Source: Isorropodon fossajaponicum endosymbiont JTNG4
GTDB lineage: Bacteria > Pseudomonadota > Gammaproteobacteria > PS1 > Pseudothioglobaceae
DNA length: 32,000 nt
Direction: 5' to 3'
Assembly (NCBI RefSeq): GCF_016592615.1
Contig: NZ_AP013043.1
Location: 990,001 to 1,022,000 of the forward strand
This document shows, one piece after another, positions 25,851 to 32,000 of the stretch. The position numbers and the translations under genes were made by a program. Position 1 is the stretch's first letter; each line of letters starts with the position of its first letter. The notes under the pieces were generated by a model, which was given only the letters and a program-made list of their open reading frames with translations, searched no databases and was not told the origin of the DNA.

Positions 25851-28800
25851 AAATCGCTCTTATCTTCTTTCTTCAACAATTTGTTAGTGTCTATTTTTTT
25901 ACTGCTAGCTTCTTTGGCTTGATTTTTTTTACCCAAAACCATTTTTATCCACTCCTTAGGATCTTTACCTATTTTTTTAAATTTTGATTTTTTAACTTTG
26001 ACTGGTTTCTCAACATTGTATTTTGCATCTGCATCTGCATCACCAGGAAGAAGCCCCATGTTAACTGCGATATTTCTACAAGCAGCTTCACCAGCAGACA
26101 AAGTACCTAATGGGATTACAATTAGAGTAAGCACAGTAGAAATCAGCACACCGAATGATAACGAAATTGCCATACCTTGGAAAATGGGGTCTGATAAGAT
26201 AACACTAGAACCACCAACCAATGCAAATGCAGTAATCATAATAGGTCGTGTACGTGAAGAGCATGAATTAATCACTGCGTCAAAAAACGGCATACCTTTG
26301 GCATATTCTTGAACAGTAAAGTCAACCAATAAAATAGAGTTTCGTACAATAATACCTGCCAGTGCAATCCAACCAATCATTGAAGTAGCTGTAAATTCTG
26401 CACCTAACAACCAATGACCCGGAACAATACCTAGCAATGTTAATGGAATTGGTGCCATAATAACAGCTGGGATAATAAAGTTACCAAACTGCCATACAAC
26501 CAACATATAAATTACCACCAGTGCCACAGCAAATGCACTACCCATATCACGGAAAGTCTCATAAGTAATCGTCCATTCACCTGTCCATTCAAAACTTGGA
26601 ACGGTTTGATCTGTTGGTGGTCCTAGATATTCACCTTGTAATTGCTTGCCATCAATCGTTTGGTATTTAAGTAGCAAGTCATCCACACCCATCATTGCAT
26701 AAATTGGTGCGCTTAAGCGACCTTTGGGCTCGCCCAACACATATTCAACATCTGCTAAATCTTTGTGGAAAATTAAGTCATCTTGCTTTTTATAACTAAA
26801 CGAACCCAACTCTGAAATTGGAATCATACCGCCATGTTGTGAAGGTACAGGCAATTGAGTTAAATAAGACAATTGAGAGCGTTTAGATAACGGTATTTGC
26901 AGACAAATATGCGAAGGTTCGAGTGCATTTTTTAATCGAATTGTACCTACATTAAAGCTACCCATGGCCATAGAAAGTGTTTCTTTAATGGTCATAACAC
27001 TAACACCAAATCGAGAGGCTTTTGCTGTATCCACTTGAAAATCAATAACAGGATATTTATCACGCATTAGATTATCAACATCTGTCATTGTGCCAGATTC
27101 TTTAAATAATTCTGTCAAATCGTTTGCAAGTTTTCGACGCGTTTCTTTGTCTGGACCATATACTTCAGCAACTACGGGGCGCAACACTGGGGGACCTGGT
27201 GGCATTTCAACAATAGCATAATTAGCGCCTGCATCTTCCGCAATTTGCTTAACCAAAGTTCTTGCTTCTAAAGCAATCTCATGGCTAGAGCGGTCACGTT
27301 CTGACTTTTCAACCAGCTGAATTTGTAATTCACCTTCTGAAGGGGTTTGTCTTAAATAATAATGCCTTACCAAGCCGTTAAAATCAAAAGGCTTGGCAGT
27401 ACCTGAATAAGATTGAATGGCAACCACTTCTGGCATATTACGCAACACTTGTGCCATTTTATGCAAGGTTGAAGCGGTATTCGCTAGTGCTGTACCATCA
27501 GGCATATCCAATACCACACCAAATTCAGACTTATTATCCAGTGGCAACATTTTTACAGGAACCGAAGTAGTGTAAAACATTGACATTGATATAAAAAAAG
27601 TAACCACTAATCCAATTAAGAAACTCCAACCATATATTTTTGTGTTGAACAATTTAGAAATGGTTGAATGAAAAAATGCAAACATAATCTTTGCTTCTTT
27701 TTTTTCTTTTTTATGCATTTTTCGCAACACATTTAAAGGTGGTGCAAACACCATAATAAAATAAGGCGTAAAAACGAATGCTGCAAATAATGAAAACATC
27801 ATTGCAACCGATCCTAATACAGGAATTGGTGCCATATATGGACCCATCATGCCACTAACTGCCGCCATAGGTACTAAAGCCGCGACCACAGTAAAGGTTG
27901 CTAAAATTGTTGGGTTACCGACTTCACGCACTGCGTCAATTGCAGTACCAATGGTGATTTTATTATCAATCAACCATCGCCTATAAATATTCTCGGTAAC
28001 AACAATGGCGTCATCCACCAAAATACCAATTGAGAAAATCAGGGCAAATAAACTCACCCTATCAATGGTCATACCCAACATCCATGCAGAAAAAATGGTC
28101 ATCAATAATACAACTGGAATAACCAGTGTGACAACAATGGCTGGACGAATACCCAAAGCAAACCAAACAAGTACAGTTACTGCACCTGTGGCAATAAATA
28201 ATTTTTTAATCAAAGCATTTACTTTGTTTTTTGCAGATTCTCCGTAGTTTCTAGTGACACTAACCTCTACATTATCAGGAATTAATCTACCCTTTAACGC
28301 TTCAACTTTAGCAAGAATATTTTGCGCTACTTCTACGCCATTAGTACCATATTTCTTTGCAATGGCAATGGTTACAGCTTGTTCTCCAGTCGCTTTTTTA
28401 CCTGTTTTGTTTGCTTTTCCTGTGTAATAGCTAACCATGTGTTCAGCATCTTCTGGCGCATAATATACATCAGCCACATCACGCACATAAATTGGCTTAC
28501 CATCGCTGACTGTAATAACTAAGTTTTCAATATCTTCAACTTTATTAAAAAAATCACCTGCATAGACCTCCATCTTAAAGCCATTTAGCTCAATATTACC
28601 TGTGTGCCCCCTGACATTAGCATTACCAACTGTACTGGCAATTTGTTGAATAGAAATGCCATATCCAGCTAAACGACCTGGATAAGCATCAATATGAAAA
28701 ATTTCCTTACGCCCACCAACAATAAAACCGTTGTTAGTATCTTTAACCTTGGCAAGTTGTTGTAACAACTCCAAACCCAATGAGCGCAACTGCCCATCAT

Positions 28801-29338
28801 CCAATGATTTTGACCACAGCGTTAAATTGATAATTGGTACGTCATCAATTTCTTTGGGCTTAATGAGTGGTTGTTTAGCACCTGGTGGCATAAAATCAAG
28901 ATTTGCTAACATTTTGTCACGCACTTTGATAATAGAGGCGTTCATTTCCTGGCCCACATCAAACTCAACAGTAATAATACCCTGACTTTTATCACTAACA
29001 GAATAAACATGCTTAACGCCTAAAATATTTGATATTAAACGCTCTAAAGGCTTAACAATAATATTTGACACTTCCTCAGAAGAAGCGCCTGGATACTCGA
29101 CAAATAAGTCAATAAGTGGCACAGAAATTTGAGGATCTTCTTGTCTTGGAGTTGAAATTAAACCAATAATACCCGCACCTAACATAGCGAAGAATATGAT
29201 AATGGATAATGGCGAAGTAATGAAGGCTTTGGTAAGCTTTCCAGCAATACCTAACTCAAAATCTTTATAATCAATTTTTTCAAACTCTTTGTACGCCTCA
29301 TCAATTTTTGTTTGATCAGCGTGATTTTTATTTGCCAT
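25847..29338 (-). CDS. RND (AcrB/AcrD/AcrF-type) efflux transporter permease
   Basis: The 1163-aa ORF has two halves, each with a large periplasmic loop and a block of TM helices. SIGILVDDAIVVTENIYRR is the TM4 acidic pair and GIIVRNSILLVDF is also present. It has a Lys-rich C-terminal tail. An adaptor gene sits immediately upstream. Confidence 0.92.
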   Translation of the reverse strand: MANKNHADQTKIDEAYKEFEKIDYKDFELGIAGKLTKAFITSPLSIIIFFAMLGAGIIGLISTPRQEDPQISVPLIDLFVEYPGASSEEVSNIIVKPLERLISNILGVKHVYSVSDKSQGIITVEFDVGQEMNASIIKVRDKMLANLDFMPPGAKQPLIKPKEIDDVPIINLTLWSKSLDDGQLRSLGLELLQQLAKVKDTNNGFIVGGRKEIFHIDAYPGRLAGYGISIQQIASTVGNANVRGHTGNIELNGFKMEVYAGDFFNKVEDIENLVITVSDGKPIYVRDVADVYYAPEDAEHMVSYYTGKANKTGKKATGEQAVTIAIAKKYGTNGVEVAQNILAKVEALKGRLIPDNVEVSVTRNYGESAKNKVNALIKKLFIATGAVTVLVWFALGIRPAIVVTLVIPVVLLMTIFSAWMLGMTIDRVSLFALIFSIGILVDDAIVVTENIYRRWLIDNKITIGTAIDAVREVGNPTILATFTVVAALVPMAAVSGMMGPYMAPIPVLGSVAMMFSLFAAFVFTPYFIMVFAPPLNVLRKMHKKEKKEAKIMFAFFHSTISKLFNTKIYGWSFLIGLVVTFFISMSMFYTTSVPVKMLPLDNKSEFGVVLDMPDGTALANTASTLHKMAQVLRNMPEVVAIQSYSGTAKPFDFNGLVRHYYLRQTPSEGELQIQLVEKSERDRSSHEIALEARTLVKQIAEDAGANYAIVEMPPGPPVLRPVVAEVYGPDKETRRKLANDLTELFKESGTMTDVDNLMRDKYPVIDFQVDTAKASRFGVSVMTIKETLSMAMGSFNVGTIRLKNALEPSHICLQIPLSKRSQLSYLTQLPVPSQHGGMIPISELGSFSYKKQDDLIFHKDLADVEYVLGEPKGRLSAPIYAMMGVDDLLLKYQTIDGKQLQGEYLGPPTDQTVPSFEWTGEWTITYETFRDMGSAFAVALVVIYMLVVWQFGNFIIPAVIMAPIPLTLLGIVPGHWLLGAEFTATSMIGWIALAGIIVRNSILLVDFTVQEYAKGMPFFDAVINSCSSRTRPIMITAFALVGGSSVILSDPIFQGMAISLSFGVLISTVLTLIVIPLGTLSAGEAACRNIAVNMGLLPGDADADAKYNVEKPVKVKKSKFKKIGKDPKEWIKMVLGKKNQAKEASSKKIDTNKLLKKEDKSDL

Positions 29339-29345
29339 AATTAAA

Positions 29346-30521
29346 TTAAATACTCATGCCTGAAACCATTAAGATATTTGGATTGGCAACAATTTTTTCA
29401 CCAATTTTCAAACCTGATAAAACACTTTTCTTATCCTTACCAACTTGTTCGCCTAAACGTATGAATCTTAACTCTGTTTTATTGGTTGATGAATTAATAA
29501 CGAATACACTTGGCAGTGAAGAACGCCACATAATAGCCACTTCAGGAATGGTGGGTGTTAATACGCCAGAGTCTGTTTCAAAAATTTCTACTTCTGCATA
29601 TGCGCCTGACAATACTGGCACATTAGCTGGCAAATCAAACTTAACTTTAACACTGTGTTTGGCATTATCTGCAATGGGATAAATTTGTGAAAGTTTGGCA
29701 TTAACCACAATATTAGCAATGTCCAATTTAATACGGTATGTTTTGTTAAGTTTAAGACTTCTGACTAGTCTTGAAGGTACATTTACTTCAACTTGAAGAT
29801 TTTTAATATTGGCAAATTTTAATAAAATTTGACCAGGCTGAACAACATCACCCTTACTAATACTTTTAGCCACAATCACACCATCAAATGGTGCGCTAAT
29901 ATTGGCATCTTTTAAACGTGCTTCAACTTGCTTTAAATGTAATTCGGCTTGCTTGAGTTTATTTTTAGCCTGCTGATAGTTTGTGTATCTAGAGGTTCTA
30001 TTAGCAAACTTGTCAAAATCTGGATTACCTTGGCCTGATATCTTTAGCATAGGATCAGTAAACATTGAAAACATACCTGGTACGCTACCAAACATACCAC
30101 CTGAGTTTGGGGATACGATTGATTGTGAATATTGAACACCCGCATTTCTAAGTGCTTCATTGGCTGAGGCAATTTCAGCATAAGCTGAATCTCTTTGCGC
30201 TTGAATGGATTCTTGTTCTAATTTGACTAAAATTGAACCTTGTTTAAACATATCACCTTCTTGACCGCCAATGCTTAATACATCGCCAGAGACCTGAGCA
30301 ACTAAATTAACTTGTGAAGAAGAAATGACCGAACCACCCAATAGTGCTCTTTTGTCAAGTGACATACCACTCACAACTTGGACGTTATAAATAGATTCAA
30401 AATTATTAACACTTTGATTTACACCTCTCAAAGGCGCACCAAATGATGTGATTTGTGCCTGAGAAAACAACGAAAACATCAATAAAATTGATGTGAACAA
30501 TAAGGAGACTAATGCATTCAT
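29346..30521 (-). CDS. RND efflux periplasmic adaptor (HlyD/MFP family)
   Basis: I preferred the ATG at 30521 (MNALVSLLFTSILLMFSLFSQAQ signal peptide). It has a coiled-coil hairpin (QQAKNKLKQAELHLKQVEARL), a lipoyl-like motif (APFDGVIVAKSISKGDVVQPGQILLKF) and a beta-barrel C-terminus. Confidence 0.88.
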   Translation of the reverse strand: MNALVSLLFTSILLMFSLFSQAQITSFGAPLRGVNQSVNNFESIYNVQVVSGMSLDKRALLGGSVISSSQVNLVAQVSGDVLSIGGQEGDMFKQGSILVKLEQESIQAQRDSAYAEIASANEALRNAGVQYSQSIVSPNSGGMFGSVPGMFSMFTDPMLKISGQGNPDFDKFANRTSRYTNYQQAKNKLKQAELHLKQVEARLKDANISAPFDGVIVAKSISKGDVVQPGQILLKFANIKNLQVEVNVPSRLVRSLKLNKTYRIKLDIANIVVNAKLSQIYPIADNAKHSVKVKFDLPANVPVLSGAYAEVEIFETDSGVLTPTIPEVAIMWRSSLPSVFVINSSTNKTELRFIRLGEQVGKDKKSVLSGLKIGEKIVANPNILMVSGMSI

Positions 30522-30718
30522 AGTTGACCTGTTTTTAAAAATAAAAAAAATAAACTTTAGCGAGAATTTTATATGATTAAAATATACCATATTTATTTAT
30601 TTTTTTAAATATGGGCAGCCTGCTTTTATCCTATTGGTACAAGTGTTTGTTTTTAAATAACTTTATTTACTTTCATGAACAAATTTCTCTTGTATAAAAA
30701 TCTCACAATATTAACCTA

Positions 30719-31717
30719 ATGACGAATATCGCTTTCACCGTTGGAGAACCATCAGGCATTGGACCTGATTTAGCTGTTATTTACGCTCAAAAAAAATCAA
30801 GTAAAAATCTTTTGTTATTTGCAGATCCAGATGTCTTATTAAATCGCGCAAAACAACTTAATTTAAACATAAAAATCGTTGAATCCGAACAAACCAGTTC
30901 AGCTTATGAACTGTCTGTCTATCCAATTAAAGTTAACGCTCCTGTAGAATGCGGCATTTTAAATAAAGACAATGCACAATATGTGTTAAATACACTTGAT
31001 TGTGCAACTGGATATTGCCTTAACTCACGATGCAATGCCTTGGTTACTGGTCCGGTACATAAGGGCATTATTAACCAAGCAGGAATTGGTTTTACGGGGC
31101 ATACTGAATATTTAGCCAACTTATCTAATACCGATAAAACAGTCATGATGTTGGCAACAAGTGACTTAAGGGTTGCACTAGCAACCACGCACATGCCGCT
31201 TTCAGAAGTGCCTCAAAGTATTACCACCCAATCTTTGCAAAAAACCATTAGTATTATTCATCAATTCTTATTAAATGATGGTATCTATACACCTAAGATT
31301 GTTGTATGTGGCTTAAATCCACATGCAGGCGAAGATGGCTATTTAGGCATGGAAGAGATTGAAATTATCAATCCTTTAATCAAAAAACTAAACAACCAAG
31401 GGTATAATCTTATCGGTAGTGTACCTGCTGATACAGCCTTTACACCTGATGCGCTGATTGGTGTTGACTGTGTACTTACCATGTATCATGACCAAGGCTT
31501 GCCAGTGCTAAAAACATTGGGATTTAAAAAAGCAGTTAACATTACACTGGGTTTGCCGTTTATCCGAACCTCAGTGGATCATGGTAGTGCGCTTAGTCTT
31601 GCTGGTACTGGGAATATTAACCTTGGTAGTTTAAATACTGCACTGAATTATGCACAAATACTAGTGCTCAATCATAAAAAACGTCAATCTTCACAAGTGG
31701 CATCATCTTATGCATAA
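30719..31717 (+). CDS. pdxA: 4-hydroxythreonine-4-phosphate dehydrogenase PdxA
   Basis: Motifs present are GEPSGIGPD, TGPVHKG, GHTEYLA, CGLNPHAGEDG, YHDQGLPVLK and RTSVDHGSA. Confidence 0.93.
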   Translation: MTNIAFTVGEPSGIGPDLAVIYAQKKSSKNLLLFADPDVLLNRAKQLNLNIKIVESEQTSSAYELSVYPIKVNAPVECGILNKDNAQYVLNTLDCATGYCLNSRCNALVTGPVHKGIINQAGIGFTGHTEYLANLSNTDKTVMMLATSDLRVALATTHMPLSEVPQSITTQSLQKTISIIHQFLLNDGIYTPKIVVCGLNPHAGEDGYLGMEEIEIINPLIKKLNNQGYNLIGSVPADTAFTPDALIGVDCVLTMYHDQGLPVLKTLGFKKAVNITLGLPFIRTSVDHGSALSLAGTGNINLGSLNTALNYAQILVLNHKKRQSSQVASSYA

Positions 31718-32000
31718 AGCTCGTAAGCGTTTTGGACAAAACTTCCTTATTGATCATAGAATTATTGATCGCATTATTGCCACCATCGCTCCAAAGCGTG
31801 ACGATAATTTACTAGAAATCGGCCCTGGGCAAGGCGCCATAACCCTGCCTTTATTAGATTATATTGAGCAATTAAACGTCATTGAAATTGATCGAAATTT
31901 AATTTCAATTTTAGAATCACTTGAACGCCCTAATTTAATCATTCATCAAGGCGATGTCCTTAAATTTGACTTAAACGCCCTACCCACACCAATTAGAATA
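31710..32000 (+). CDS. rsmA: 16S rRNA (adenine1518/1519-N6)-dimethyltransferase RsmA/KsgA (3' end beyond the window)
   Basis: It is not in the ORF track because there is no stop in the window. The ATG at 31710 overlaps the pdxA end by 8 nt. The sequence MHKARKRFGQNFLID...LLEIGPGQGAITLPLL has the SAM-binding motif. The frame stays open for 97 codons to the window edge. Confidence 0.9.
   Translation, partial: MHKARKRFGQNFLIDHRIIDRIIATIAPKRDDNLLEIGPGQGAITLPLLDYIEQLNVIEIDRNLISILESLERPNLIIHQGDVLKFDLNALPTPIRI

Noticed and set aside
25836-25851. GTTTCGAATC, which resembles a tRNA T-arm (GTTCGAATC).
   Set aside because: No acceptor stem, D-arm or anticodon arm can be built around it. It lies in the stop/start overlap of the RND gene.
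26021-26042. A short tandem repeat, GCATCT x3.
   Set aside because: It simply encodes the DADADA dipeptide repeat in the pump's low-complexity tail. It is far too short and lacks spacers, so it is not a CRISPR array or a regulatory array.

Overview
This is an AT-rich gammaproteobacterial chromosomal window. All homology calls were made by eye and from memory. The backbone is housekeeping genes in classic conserved clusters: dnaB-alr-cpdA; hflK-hflC-hisZ-purA-rnr (minus strand); lptD-surA; rlmB; ybeD-lipB-lipA; an RND pump with its periplasmic adaptor; and pdxA-rsmA. I saw no rRNA, tRNA, CRISPR array, IS element or prophage. The unusual feature is the density of decayed genes, at least 10 in 32 kb. 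(i) A degraded restriction-modification module at 5.6-7.3 kb holds an M.HaeIII-like C5-methyltransferase with multiple frameshifts, one of them in an A10 tract, next to a still-open NucS/DUF91-like PD-(D/E)xK nuclease ORF. (ii) A glyoxylate-bypass graveyard at 18.0-19.75 kb holds a truncated iclR-family gene, only the 3' end of aceK, an rraA inactivated by a perfect 7-bp tandem duplication, and shredded malate synthase G. (iii) A frameshifted yqiB/DUF1249-like gene follows cpdA. (iv) The most interesting locus is a tightly coupled minus-strand operon: moxR(AAA+) - nnrS(dead) - hemerythrin(dead) - vWA/HExxH (DUF2201-type) - rhodanese (3'-truncated chimera). The AAA+/vWA pair is full length but is split by two broken NO/metal-centre genes. 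The HExxH+vWA partner class has no experimentally assigned function that I know of, so this is my best candidate for an undescribed system. Its link to NnrS/hemerythrin is an inference, not a demonstration. The lesion spectrum and the broken synteny (rnr/rlmB and surA/pdxA pairs both split, with surA now abutting rlmB) suggest a lineage undergoing reductive genome evolution. Some homopolymer frameshifts could instead be sequencing artefacts.
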